This document shows, piece after piece, positions 27,985 through 37,428 of a stretch of 64,000 nucleotides of DNA. The first letter of the stretch is position 1. Each line of letters begins with the position of its first letter. The translations under genes and the position numbers were made by a program. Source of the stretch: Thermoproteota archaeon (GTDB taxonomy: Archaea; Korarchaeota; Korarchaeia; Korarchaeales; JAOZGB01); contig JAVCBU010000006.1 in assembly GCA_037917685.1 (NCBI GenBank), positions 192,001-256,000 of the forward strand, given 5' to 3'. The notes under the pieces were generated by a model. It ran no database searches and was not told the DNA's origin. It saw nothing but the letters and a program-made list of their open reading frames with translations.

Positions 27985-28386
27985 GTGGATGAAATGACAA
28001 AACCTGATGTTTTAGCACATGGGCTGATGACTATAGAAATGAACTCCAAACTTAGGAAAAGAAAGTGTGTCATAAACATGACCTCAAAACTTCTCGGAAA
28101 TGTACTCAGCATACTCCAAAGAGAAGGATATATCGGCCAATTTGAATACATTGACGATGGAAGATTTGGAAAATATGTAGTAGAACTGTTAGGAAAGATC
28201 ACTAGATGTAGGGCAATAAAGCCCAGATTCAACATAAAACATACCGAAATAGAGGAATACGAACAGCACTATTTACCTGGTAAGGACATAGGGGTACTCG
28301 TCCTAACTACTAGCAAAGGCTTGCTAACCAGTAAAGAAGCTAAAAAAATGAGAATCGGGGGTGCACTAATAGCATATTGTTACTAG
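27985..28386 (+). CDS. rps8: Ribosomal protein uS8
   Basis: GYIGQFEYIDDGR and TTSKGL motifs. Confidence 0.95.
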   Translation: MDEMTKPDVLAHGLMTIEMNSKLRKRKCVINMTSKLLGNVLSILQREGYIGQFEYIDDGRFGKYVVELLGKITRCRAIKPRFNIKHTEIEEYEQHYLPGKDIGVLVLTTSKGLLTSKEAKKMRIGGALIAYCY

Positions 28387-28944
28387 GTGGTACATGTGCC
28401 TGTTGAAAGTCTGCCTCCGTTAACAGTTTCCATCCCGGAAGGGGTTGAAGTTCGTGTCGAAAAAGATGTTGTGAAAGTAAAAGGACCGCTTGGAGAACTT
28501 TCTAGGTCGTTTAATGGAGGGATCCTCAAAGTGAAGAAGAAAGATAACATGATAGAAATAATACCTAAGGGAGCAAGGAAATTCCATAAAGCTTATCGCG
28601 GAACAATCGCTGCCCATATAAGAAACATGATCACAGGCGTTACTCAAGGCTTTAAGAGAAAAATGATCATAGTATACTCTCACTTCCCCATGAAAATAGA
28701 GATTGATAAGGATAGAGGTCTAATTCTTATAAATAACTTCCTTGGCGAGAGAGCACCGAGGGTAGCAAAGATCGTGGGAAATGTCAAAGTATACATGGAA
28801 GGAGACGATAAAATTGTAATTGAAGGTATCAACATAGAGGAAGTTGGACAAACAGCTGCGAATATAAGGCAGGCAACCAAGATTAAAAAGAAAGATCCAA
28901 GAGTTTTCCAAGACGGAATATATCACTATAAAGAGGAGGTGTAA
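28387..28944 (+). CDS. rpl6: Ribosomal protein uL6
   Basis: YSHFP, NFLGE and DPRVFQDGIY motifs. Confidence 0.95.
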   Translation: MVHVPVESLPPLTVSIPEGVEVRVEKDVVKVKGPLGELSRSFNGGILKVKKKDNMIEIIPKGARKFHKAYRGTIAAHIRNMITGVTQGFKRKMIIVYSHFPMKIEIDKDRGLILINNFLGERAPRVAKIVGNVKVYMEGDDKIVIEGINIEEVGQTAANIRQATKIKKKDPRVFQDGIYHYKEEV

Positions 28945-28946
28945 GT

Positions 28947-29315
28947 TTGAAGAAGAAAAAATTCATCAGGATCGGGGTAAAACCCAATAAAATGTACAGG
29001 TGGAGAAGACCTAGAGGAATCGACAACAAACAGAGGTTAAAGCTAAAGTCTAGGCCACCCATGCCTGAAATAGGTTATGGGAAACAAAAGTCTATTAAAG
29101 GACTACACCCTTCAGGCTTAAAACCTGTTTTGGTATACAATGCTAAAATGCTTGAAAATATAGATAGGGATAAAGTTATAGCGATTGTAGGGAGAACAGT
29201 CGGAAAAAGAAAAAGACTCGAAATAGCAAAGAAAGCAGCTGAGTTAGGAGTCAAGATAGCTAATCTGGGTGAGTTAATTGACCAATCTAAGTTATCAGAG
29301 GAGGCTAGCAGCTAA
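28947..29315 (+). CDS. rpl32e: Ribosomal protein eL32
   Basis: WRRPRGIDNK and GLHPSG motifs. Confidence 0.93.
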   Translation: MKKKKFIRIGVKPNKMYRWRRPRGIDNKQRLKLKSRPPMPEIGYGKQKSIKGLHPSGLKPVLVYNAKMLENIDRDKVIAIVGRTVGKRKRLEIAKKAAELGVKIANLGELIDQSKLSEEASS

Positions 29316-29721
29316 AGTCCTAAAATGTGGGAAAGACAGGGTATACTTCGACCCGGAAAACCTCGAGAGAATCGAGATGGCGGTGACAAGAGAGGATATT
29401 AAAAGGCTCGTTCATGATGGCATTATTAAGAGAAAACCAGTTAAAGGCGTAAGTAGGGCGAGAGTCCGGGCAAAATCGAAAAAACGTCGGGGGCCAGGTA
29501 GCTTTAAAGGAACATTCAATGCCAGATATCCCAAGAAGAGGAGGTGGATAAACAGAATTCGGCCGCTTAGAAAGCTACTAAGGCATCTTAGAGACTCTAA
29601 GAGGATAGACAGACATACATACAGATTCCTCTATAATAGGCTACACCTGTTTAGGAGCAGGTCTCATCTGCTAAAACATCTTAAACATGAAAAACTACTT
29701 AAAGGTGAAGAACTTGTCTAA
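29278..29721 (+). CDS. rpl19e: Ribosomal protein eL19
   Basis: QRRLAA and RRGPGSFKG motifs. Confidence 0.95.
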   Translation: MTNLSYQRRLAAKVLKCGKDRVYFDPENLERIEMAVTREDIKRLVHDGIIKRKPVKGVSRARVRAKSKKRRGPGSFKGTFNARYPKKRRWINRIRPLRKLLRHLRDSKRIDRHTYRFLYNRLHLFRSRSHLLKHLKHEKLLKGEELV

Positions 29722-30307
29722 GCAAAGCAGGTACAAAGTCAGATTTCGCAGGAGAAGAGAAGGTAAAACAGACTATAGAAGGAGACTAAGGCTGCTTCTT
29801 AGCGGGAAAACCAGATTCGTGGCGAGGAAAACTAACAGGTATATTACTGTTCAGTTTATTGACTACTCCGAGAAAGGGGACATAACCAGGGTATGCGTAA
29901 GTTCACATGTTTTAAGGAAGAAGTATAACTGGTACTACTCTTTGAAGAACTTGCCAGCCGCTTATATCACGGGTTACATAGCGGGTAAAAAAGCCCTTAA
30001 GAAAGGAATATCGGAAGCCATAGTAGATATTGGTCTTCAAGCGTCTACAAGGGGAAATAGAATCTATGCGGCTGTTAAAGGCGCCATTGATGCTGGTGTA
30101 AAGATTAAATGTGGAGAAGAAGTTCTTCCACCCATGGAGAGGATTTCAGGGGCCCATATAGCCAGTTATGCTAAACTCCTTAAAGAGAAGAATCCTGACC
30201 TATATAATGAAAGGTTTTCTAATGTAATATCTCAAGGTAAAGATCCAGCAGATATAGTTTCTGAATTTAATAAGCTTATTGAAAAAGTTAAATCGGATTA
30301 CGGGTGA
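29714..30307 (+). CDS. rpl18: Ribosomal protein uL18
   Basis: RRRREGKTDY motif; probable TTG start at 29714. Confidence 0.95.
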   Translation: MSKQSRYKVRFRRRREGKTDYRRRLRLLLSGKTRFVARKTNRYITVQFIDYSEKGDITRVCVSSHVLRKKYNWYYSLKNLPAAYITGYIAGKKALKKGISEAIVDIGLQASTRGNRIYAAVKGAIDAGVKIKCGEEVLPPMERISGAHIASYAKLLKEKNPDLYNERFSNVISQGKDPADIVSEFNKLIEKVKSDYG

Positions 30308-30918
30308 AAATCTTGGAGGAATGGTCACCGAGGACGAGAATAGGGAAGATGGTAAGCGAGGGAGTAATAAAAGATATAGACGAGCTACTATCTCTTGGTG
30401 TTCCGATTAAAGAGGTTGAAATAATAGATGTCTTACTACCAAATTTGGAGGAAGAACTTGTATGCGTTAATACGGTGCAAAAACAAACTGATGCAGGAGA
30501 AGTTAGTAGTTTAAGAGTTGTTGTGGCAGTGGGAGACAGAAATGGACATTTAGGTGTGGCTAAGGGTAAGGGCAAAACCTTTAGAGTGGCGATTCGAAAT
30601 GCCATAAAACAGGCGAAGCTAAATATAGTAAAGGTAGTGAGGGGTTGTGGCTCATGGCAGTGTGGGTGTGGAAGAAACCATTCTATACCATATAAGACGA
30701 GTGGATCCTCCGGTTCTGTTAGAGTAACGATTTACCCTGCTCCCAGAGGCACGGGTCTAGTGGCTAATGAAACTGGAAGGATATTACTCTCCCTTGCCGG
30801 AATCGAAGATGTATGGGTTTTCTCCAAGGGTAACACTGGCAATAGAATGAACTATGCATACGCCATTTACAAGGCTTTAGCTAACCTCACAACAAAACCT
30901 ATCTACACTCGTGGGTGA
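30304..30918 (+). CDS. rps5: Ribosomal protein uS5
   Basis: QKQTDAG, RGCGSW and PAPRGTGL motifs. Confidence 0.95.
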   Translation: MKILEEWSPRTRIGKMVSEGVIKDIDELLSLGVPIKEVEIIDVLLPNLEEELVCVNTVQKQTDAGEVSSLRVVVAVGDRNGHLGVAKGKGKTFRVAIRNAIKQAKLNIVKVVRGCGSWQCGCGRNHSIPYKTSGSSGSVRVTIYPAPRGTGLVANETGRILLSLAGIEDVWVFSKGNTGNRMNYAYAIYKALANLTTKPIYTRG

Positions 30919-31412
30919 TGAAGTTGTCTCTAGATCCTGATGGAAGGCTTATGGCTGTAATTAGAATTAAAGGTAGGATAGGTCTAAAGCCTAAAGTAAG
31001 AAAAACATTAGAACTCCTCAGGCTTAAGAGAAAGTTTTATGCCACAGTAGTACCATATATGCCTGAAATTAGGGGAATGTTACAAGTAGCTAAAGATGCT
31101 ATAACGTTTGGCGAGATAGATAAAGAAACATTAAAACTTCTCTTAGGAAAGCGTGGGAGGACGTATGGAGATAAGAAAGTAGACTGGGAGGAAATGATTA
31201 AAAACTTAAACATGCAGTCTATGGACGAGCTATGTGAGGCACTTCTATCAGGGAAGATCAGGATAAAGGATATACCCGGGCTTAAACCCTATTTTAGGCT
31301 TACACCACCTTCTGGAGGATTTAAGGGGAGCACCAAGAAATCTTTTAAAGAAGGAGGGGAAACCGGATATAGAGGCCAAGAAATAAACAAGCTGCTAAGG
31401 AGGATGGTCTAA
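30915..31412 (+). CDS. rpl30: Ribosomal protein uL30
   Basis: FRLTPPSGGF and INKLLRRM motifs. Confidence 0.95.
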   Translation: MMKLSLDPDGRLMAVIRIKGRIGLKPKVRKTLELLRLKRKFYATVVPYMPEIRGMLQVAKDAITFGEIDKETLKLLLGKRGRTYGDKKVDWEEMIKNLNMQSMDELCEALLSGKIRIKDIPGLKPYFRLTPPSGGFKGSTKKSFKEGGETGYRGQEINKLLRRMV

Positions 31413-31862
31413 TTGACTTTGATGAAAAGGAAGGAGAAAAAATCCAGAAAGCTTAGAGGCAGCCGGACGTGTGGCTATGGAAGAGAAAGACAACATAGGA
31501 AAAAAGGTAGAAGAGGGGGCTTCGGAAAGGCTGGTGGGCACAAACATAAATGGAGCTTTTATGTTAAATATGACCCCGAATACTTCGGCAGAGGAGCCCG
31601 AGGATTCAAAAGGCCGGCTATTGTCAGCAAAAGACCTCTTACAATAAATATCGGTGACATTGAGGAGAATCTAGACGAATTGATCGCTAAAGGCTTGGTA
31701 AAGAATGTAGATGGCAAGATACTTCTATCTAGAGAACTTCTAGGGAATGTGAAGATAATAGGACGTGGTAGGGTTACCCATGCCTATCATGTTAAAGGTC
31801 TTGAAATATCGAGAATAGCCCGTGAGAAAATAATTCAAGCAGGGGGGATGATCGAAGAGTGA
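31413..31862 (+). CDS. rpl15: Ribosomal protein uL15
   Basis: RGSRTCGYG and GGFGKAG motifs. Confidence 0.95.
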   Translation: MTLMKRKEKKSRKLRGSRTCGYGRERQHRKKGRRGGFGKAGGHKHKWSFYVKYDPEYFGRGARGFKRPAIVSKRPLTINIGDIEENLDELIAKGLVKNVDGKILLSRELLGNVKIIGRGRVTHAYHVKGLEISRIAREKIIQAGGMIEE

Positions 31863-31872
31863 GGGGGAGATT

Positions 31873-33267
31873 ATGGGGCTATTTAGAGATATTGTGAGGG
31901 GTATTGTATCCTTTATTCCAGAAGTGGAAACTCCTAAAATGAAAGTTCCTCTGAGAAGCAAATTGCTATGGAGTGGCATTGTACTCATACTTTACTTCAT
32001 TTTGACAGAGATACCTCTTTACGGTGTTGCCCCCTCAAGGTATGACCGTCTTGCGACATTTAGGATAATATTCGCTGGGTCCCAAGGTTCAATCGTAGAG
32101 CTTGGGATAGGGCCTATTGTAACTGCTGGAATAATACTCGAGCTTCTTGTAGGGAGTAAAATAATACCTCTAGACCTTACAGACCCAGATGATCGATCAT
32201 TTTTCCAAGCGTCTCAGAAACTAGCCTCGATACTATTCATAGTCGTTACAGCAGCGCTTTACGTTGCAGGCGGCCAATATGGGGTTTTAGATAGGAGGAC
32301 ATCGTTCCTAGTTTGGCTTCAACTAGCCGCGGGCTGTTTTATACTGATGTATCTCGATGAAGTAAGCTCCAAATGGGGTATAGCAAGCGGGATAAGTCTC
32401 TTCATTCTTGCCGGTATCGCTCAGACTGTTTTTTGGGCTGCCTTCTCACCGTTTACTGCTCCTGACGTTGATAGAGTAGTTGGCGCGATACCAGCTCTTC
32501 TCACAGAGGGGGCCATGGCTATTACCCGGGGTGGGCTACCAGACATAGCAAAACTTACAGCAACTTTCATCGTTTTCGTCGCTGTAGCAGTGGCGTACGA
32601 CGTTAAAATAGTGTTTCCGCTTTCATTCGCCAGAATAGGTGGGTATAAGGCAAGCTACCCCTTAAGACTGTTATATGTTTCAAATATCCCTATTATATTC
32701 ACATCAGCACTTTTCGGGGACATAGCTATCGTTAGTCAAACGTTATGGAGCAGATTTGGATACTCCGACAATGATTATCTAAGAACAATTGTCAGAATTA
32801 TAGGTGAATATCAATACGTAGAAGGAAACCTCGTGCCTAAAGGAGGCTTAGCATACTATACCGAACCTCCATCAGGGATGCTCTCATTTTCTGCGGATCC
32901 ACTACGTGCAGCCATATATGGAATTATACTAATAACTCTCTGCGTGGTTTTCTCGGTGATCTGGGTCCTTACATCAGGGATGGATGCCGACTCAGTAGCA
33001 GATCAGCTCGTTTCTCAAGAGCTAGTGATGCCCGGTATGAGGGTTTCAAGGAAGATTATAGCCAACAGGCTACGGAGATATATAAATTCGGTAACATTAC
33101 TCGGCGGATTATTTATAGGTGTGATAGCATTACTAGCAGATTTGACAGGAGCCCTTGGATCCGGCTCGGGGATTCTCCTAGGCGTAACTATCACATACTC
33201 CATTTACGAATCCCTGATGAAGGAGCGGCTCCTAGAAATATACCCAATAGCTAAAAGATTCCTATAG
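31873..33267 (+). CDS. secY: Preprotein translocase SecY
   Basis: ELGIGPIVTA, SGISLFI and YVSNIPIIF motifs. Confidence 0.96.
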   Translation: MGLFRDIVRGIVSFIPEVETPKMKVPLRSKLLWSGIVLILYFILTEIPLYGVAPSRYDRLATFRIIFAGSQGSIVELGIGPIVTAGIILELLVGSKIIPLDLTDPDDRSFFQASQKLASILFIVVTAALYVAGGQYGVLDRRTSFLVWLQLAAGCFILMYLDEVSSKWGIASGISLFILAGIAQTVFWAAFSPFTAPDVDRVVGAIPALLTEGAMAITRGGLPDIAKLTATFIVFVAVAVAYDVKIVFPLSFARIGGYKASYPLRLLYVSNIPIIFTSALFGDIAIVSQTLWSRFGYSDNDYLRTIVRIIGEYQYVEGNLVPKGGLAYYTEPPSGMLSFSADPLRAAIYGIILITLCVVFSVIWVLTSGMDADSVADQLVSQELVMPGMRVSRKIIANRLRRYINSVTLLGGLFIGVIALLADLTGALGSGSGILLGVTITYSIYESLMKERLLEIYPIAKRFL

Positions 33268-33277
33268 GTGTAACACG

Positions 33278-33778
33278 ATGCCGCCTAATCTGGTAAACCT
33301 AATTTCCTACCCCCCAAATTCAATAATCTTCCTAACAGTGCTCGCCATCATACTTAACTTCGTAATGGCTCTTGTAACCAAGCTTACTGTAGATATCGAA
33401 AAATTGAAAAAATACAGTGAACAGAGAAAAGAGTTCATAAGGCTGAAATATGAGCTGAAACTCAAAGGGAAAAAGGGAGAACTCAAAATCAAAAAACTCG
33501 AGTCAAAAATGAAACCTGTAGAGCAAGAGTTAATGATGATGCAGCTTAAACAATCAATCATAACACCTCTCCCAATGCTTCTTGTGTTTATACTTCTACG
33601 CAAGTTTTACGGGTCAATACCGGTAGCTTCACTACCATTTAAATTACCATTTTCAAGCTTCCTCCACAGAGGCAGCCCTTTAAGCGAATATGAAGTTGGA
33701 TTCATAGGTTTCTACTTCATAGTATCCATCGCTTTCTCCCCAATAATACAAAAAGCCCTGGGTACCTCACCTACCTAA
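33278..33778 (+). CDS. DUF106 (EMC3/TMCO1, Oxa1 superfamily) membrane protein
   Basis: TM, coiled coil, then further TMs; conserved position after secY. Confidence 0.8.
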   Translation: MPPNLVNLISYPPNSIIFLTVLAIILNFVMALVTKLTVDIEKLKKYSEQRKEFIRLKYELKLKGKKGELKIKKLESKMKPVEQELMMMQLKQSIITPLPMLLVFILLRKFYGSIPVASLPFKLPFSSFLHRGSPLSEYEVGFIGFYFIVSIAFSPIIQKALGTSPT

Positions 33779-33827
33779 AGTTAAAATTTAAAACACTTCT
33801 CCAGTATTGCATATAACCGGTGTCAAG

Positions 33828-34106
33828 ATGTCACTGTTCGTAGTTGGGAGGGTCTGCACAAAGACTAAAGGTAGAGAGAAAGACAGAAAATGCGTGATTG
33901 TCGATGTAATAGACAAAAACTATGTGTTAATCACCGGACCCAAAAAACTAACAGGGGTAAGGAGGAGACGGTGCAACATAAACCACCTAGATCCGCTTCC
34001 AGTAGTGATAGACATAGATAAGAATGCATCGGACGAAGACGTTATTAAAGCCCTGTCTCAGACCGAGATATATAAAGAATTCACAGGTAAAGGGGGCAAA
34101 TCTTGA
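33828..34106 (+). CDS. rpl14e: Ribosomal protein eL14
   Basis: GRVCTKTKGRE...VIVDVIDKN...TGP; start moved to ATG 33828. Confidence 0.92.
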   Translation: MSLFVVGRVCTKTKGREKDRKCVIVDVIDKNYVLITGPKKLTGVRRRRCNINHLDPLPVVIDIDKNASDEDVIKALSQTEIYKEFTGKGGKS

Positions 34107-35082
34107 ACCAATTAATAGTAAGGGAAGAGGCAGCAACAAATCCTTCATACGGCTCTTACCCTGAGGAGCGAGCTATAAAAGACTTGCTAAACTCGTCTAT
34201 CATCGTACTCGACAAGCCTCGAGGCCCCTCGTCTCATACTGTTACAAAATGGGTTAGAAGTATCCTAGGAATCAAAAAGATAGGACACTGCGGGACTCTT
34301 GAGGGCAAATAGCCCGGAGAAATCCCAAAGTAAGCGGAGTTCTACCTCTTGTAATCGGTAAATCAACCAGAATAGCTAAGATTATCTCAGGCTTTGATAA
34401 AGAATACGTGGCCCTAATGTACCTTCATGGTGATGTGGGATATGAAAGATTAAATGAGGTAATAGCGAAGTTTCATGGTGACATATTCCAAAGACCTCCC
34501 GTAAGATCATCGGTGAAGAGAAAGTTACGGGTAAGAAAAATCCATAAGATAGATCTCCTTGAGTACGAAGATCGTTACGCCTTAATACGAGTAAAATGTC
34601 AAGCCGGAACCTACATTAGAAAACTGATACATGATATCGGTCAGGTGTTACTTGTTGGGGCAAGCATGTCTGAACTAAGAAGAATAGCCGCTGGGTCTTT
34701 CACTGAGAATGAAGCTGTAACTCTCCAACAATTACTTCAAGCTTATAATACCTGGCGTGAATCAGGAGACGAAGCCCCTCTTAGAAGAATATTTAGGCCC
34801 ATGGAATATGTACTGAGAAAGCTTCCAATGATAATTATTAAGGATACAGCTGTTGACGCAATCTGTCACGGGGCACCTCTCACTGTAAGAGGAATCTCTA
34901 AACTATCACCGAATATTCAGCCCAAAGATATAGTAGTTATAATGACCTTAAAGTCTGAAGCAGTGGCTATAGCTGAAGCATCTATGTCATCTGAGGAGAT
35001 GTTATCTTCATCCCGGGGTATAGCTGCGAAGCCTATGAGAGTTCTAATGGACAGAGGAGTTTATCCTCCTGCTTGGCGTTAA
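34103..35082 (+). CDS. cbf5: H/ACA pseudouridine synthase Cbf5, spliced: join(34103..34301,34322..35082)
   Basis: LDKPRGPSSH; GHCGTL|DPKVSGVL after intron removal; GTYIR; PUA domain; reading frames join exactly. Confidence 0.95.
34302..34321 (+). other. 20-nt BHB mRNA intron in the catalytic Asp codon of cbf5
   Basis: GGGA-CTCT-TG|A-GGGC-AAATA-GCCC-GGAG-AA|A-TCCC is a strict helix-bulge-helix-bulge-helix. Confidence 0.93.
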
Positions 35083-35115
35083 ACTTTAAATCCGAGCTAA
35101 GTCTTTTAAATTAAC

Positions 35116-35225
35116 GCCGGGGTACCCTAGCCCGGTCAAGGGGCGGGCCTGGAGTTCATGCCCGCGAGCCCGTGGCCCCCTGAGCTTTGGGGACGGCCGC
35201 GTGGGTTCGAATCCCACCCCCGGCG
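35116..35225 (+). tRNA. tRNA-Ser(GGA) with two introns: 37/38 (35155-35166, 12 nt) and variable arm (35183-35194, 12 nt)
   Basis: GCCGGGG/CCCCGGC acceptor; CGGGC/GCCCG anticodon stem; variable arm becomes GGCCC-CCT-GGGCC after splicing. Confidence 0.88.
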
Positions 35226-35243
35226 TGTTAACAGGGGATAAAT

Positions 35244-35693
35244 ATGCCAGAAATGGAGAGAAGAGTTATAAGAATAGCTGGTACAACATTGGATGCGGAG
35301 AAGAAAGCACTTGTAAGCCTTACAAAGATACCGGGGATAGGTTTCACTTTATCCAACGCCATACTTAGGAGACTAAACCTCGATCCACAAAAGAAACTTT
35401 CCGAATACACCAACGAAGAAATAGAAAGGCTAGAGGAATTCTTCAAAGACCCCTATAAATACGAGCTGCCTTCGTGGCTTTATAATAGACAGAGAGACCC
35501 TATAACAGGTAAAAATTTGCTTATTCTAGGATCTGATATTAAACTGTACCAGAAGATAGATATAGACCGGCTTAAAAAGATGGGTTCATACAGGGGACTA
35601 AGACATTCCCTAGGTCTCAAGGTTAGAGGGCAAAGGACACGGACAACTGGCAGGAGAGGGCCAACAATAGGATATGTTAGGAAGAAGAAGTAG
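35244..35693 (+). CDS. rps13: Ribosomal protein uS13
   Basis: [21 protein letters not shown] motif. Confidence 0.96.
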   Translation: MPEMERRVIRIAGTTLDAEKKALVSLTKIPGIGFTLSNAILRRLNLDPQKKLSEYTNEEIERLEEFFKDPYKYELPSWLYNRQRDPITGKNLLILGSDIKLYQKIDIDRLKKMGSYRGLRHSLGLKVRGQRTRTTGRRGPTIGYVRKKK

Positions 35694-35695
35694 GT

Positions 35696-36205
35696 GTGAA
35701 AATGGGAGACCCGAAGCAACCGAGGAAGAAATATCGAAGACCAAGAAAGCCCTGGGACAAACAGTACTTAGAATGGTCTATAAAACTGGTTGGAGAGTAT
35801 GGTCTAAGAAATAAAAGAGAACTATTAAGGGCACACCATGAAGCCAGCAGGGTTCGAAGGCTGGCGAGAATTCTACTCTCCCACACCGAGAGTAGGAACA
35901 TCAAGTTGGAAGAGCAGTTGCTGTCAAGGCTTAAAAGATTTGGAATAGTACCTGACGACGCTGTACTTGACGATGTACTCGACGTTACAGCTGAAAACTT
36001 TCTGAGAAGAAGACTCCAAACAGTAGTTTATCTCAAAGGATATGCTAAAACACCCTACCAAGCGAGGCAGCTTGTAGTACACGGACATGTCCGTGTAAAT
36101 GGGAGAATAGTCAAGATTCCTTCGTATCTTGTTAGTGTTGAGGAGGAAAATACCATAGAAGTTGATAAAGAGATACTGAACAAAATAATGGGTGAACAGT
36201 CATGA
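35696..36205 (+). CDS. rps4: Ribosomal protein uS4
   Basis: [18 protein letters not shown] and ARQLVVHGH motifs. Confidence 0.96.
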   Translation: MKMGDPKQPRKKYRRPRKPWDKQYLEWSIKLVGEYGLRNKRELLRAHHEASRVRRLARILLSHTESRNIKLEEQLLSRLKRFGIVPDDAVLDDVLDVTAENFLRRRLQTVVYLKGYAKTPYQARQLVVHGHVRVNGRIVKIPSYLVSVEEENTIEVDKEILNKIMGEQS

Positions 36206-36603
36206 GTTCAAGTAAAAAGAAGGAGCACATTGGTATAGCACACATTTATTCGTCATTCAACGATACCATCGTCCATATCACAGATCAAACCGGAGCTGAG
36301 ACAATAGCAATATCGTCAGGGGGAAGATTTGTAAAAGCCGACAGGATGGAGGGCAGCCCGTATGCCGCTTTTAAAGCAGCAACTGAAGCTGCAAATATAG
36401 CGAAGAAGAAGGGGATAACATCTTTAATAGTCAAAGTCAGAGCCCCAGGAGGTTTAGGTCCTAGAATTCCAGGTCCTGGAGCCGCCGGCGCTGTAAGGGG
36501 ACTTGCAAGGGCTGGAATGAAGCTTATAAGAATAGAAGATGTGACGCCAATACCTCACGATGGAACTAGAAGGCCACATGGAAGGAGAGGTAGAAGAGTT
36601 TAA
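36202..36603 (+). CDS. rps11: Ribosomal protein uS11
   Basis: [13 protein letters not shown] motif. Confidence 0.96.
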   Translation: MSSSKKKEHIGIAHIYSSFNDTIVHITDQTGAETIAISSGGRFVKADRMEGSPYAAFKAATEAANIAKKKGITSLIVKVRAPGGLGPRIPGPGAAGAVRGLARAGMKLIRIEDVTPIPHDGTRRPHGRRGRRV

Positions 36604-37393
36604 AATCTCATGCTTCTATTTCTCTATAGGAACTTTGGAAAGTATATCCTCAAAGATCAAAGAATACTACATATCAAGAGGATTTAAGATTGTAGGCGTT
36701 TCAAAATTTAGAGGTTTTTACTTAGAAAACCCCAAGGGGAGACTAATACTAGCTCTAATATTTGACCCACTCATAGATAACATAGAAGAGTTAGTCTCTT
36801 CAATAAAACGAAACATTAGTGATGTAAATATTATTCAGATATGGTTACCTGAGGGCGCAGAGGATTATGTCTCTACGTCGGTCTCACGCAATATTGAAAA
36901 AGGGCTTTTAATGAGAAAGGTCTCTCTGGTACCCTTTACACAGGCTGAAATTGAGTGGAAACCATACCCTTTGGAATTAAATGTAGAAATCCATAAGAAT
37001 GATGTTCAATCCGAAAAAGAGGTGATAGCCAAACAGACATATGCCGAATCTCCCATCCAAGAGTCCTCCATTAACTTGTTATTGCAGAAGTACTCTGAAA
37101 CGATCCAAGAACTAATATCCAGATTTGAATCTCTAGAAAAAACCCTAAAAAGACTAGAGGAGACATTAAAACAATCACAACCGCAACAAGTTATAAGCCA
37201 TACAACTGCTCGTGTTCAATACAATCCACCAGCGAAAGACGCGTCTAAAGAGGTAATAATAGAAAAAATCAGCACATCTGATTTACCAAAGGCCAGTCCT
37301 CACAAGGTTGGAAACATAAACGCGCTTGATGAAGCTGTCAAAAACAACCCGTGGTTCTCGATACTGAAAGAGAAAAAGAAAAGACAAAACTAA
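36560..37393 (+). CDS. Uncharacterised coiled-coil protein with an arcadin-2-like C-terminal tail; start uncertain (overlaps rps11)
   Basis: Alpha/beta N-domain, central coiled coil, low-complexity linker and C-terminal [16 protein letters not shown]. Confidence 0.55.
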   Translation: MELEGHMEGEVEEFKISCFYFSIGTLESISSKIKEYYISRGFKIVGVSKFRGFYLENPKGRLILALIFDPLIDNIEELVSSIKRNISDVNIIQIWLPEGAEDYVSTSVSRNIEKGLLMRKVSLVPFTQAEIEWKPYPLELNVEIHKNDVQSEKEVIAKQTYAESPIQESSINLLLQKYSETIQELISRFESLEKTLKRLEETLKQSQPQQVISHTTARVQYNPPAKDASKEVIIEKISTSDLPKASPHKVGNINALDEAVKNNPWFSILKEKKKRQN

Positions 37394-37428
37394 AATCATA
37401 GCTCGGTACTATCTATAGAGGTGTCCGA

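Noticed and set aside
34103-35082. cbf5 as a frameshifted pseudogene or two genes
   Set aside because: A strict BHB intron explains the break exactly
36595-36606. Programmed frameshift fusing uS11 to the downstream ORF
   Set aside because: It would need a +1 shift from GUU to UUU with poor re-pairing; overlapping in-frame ATGs exist
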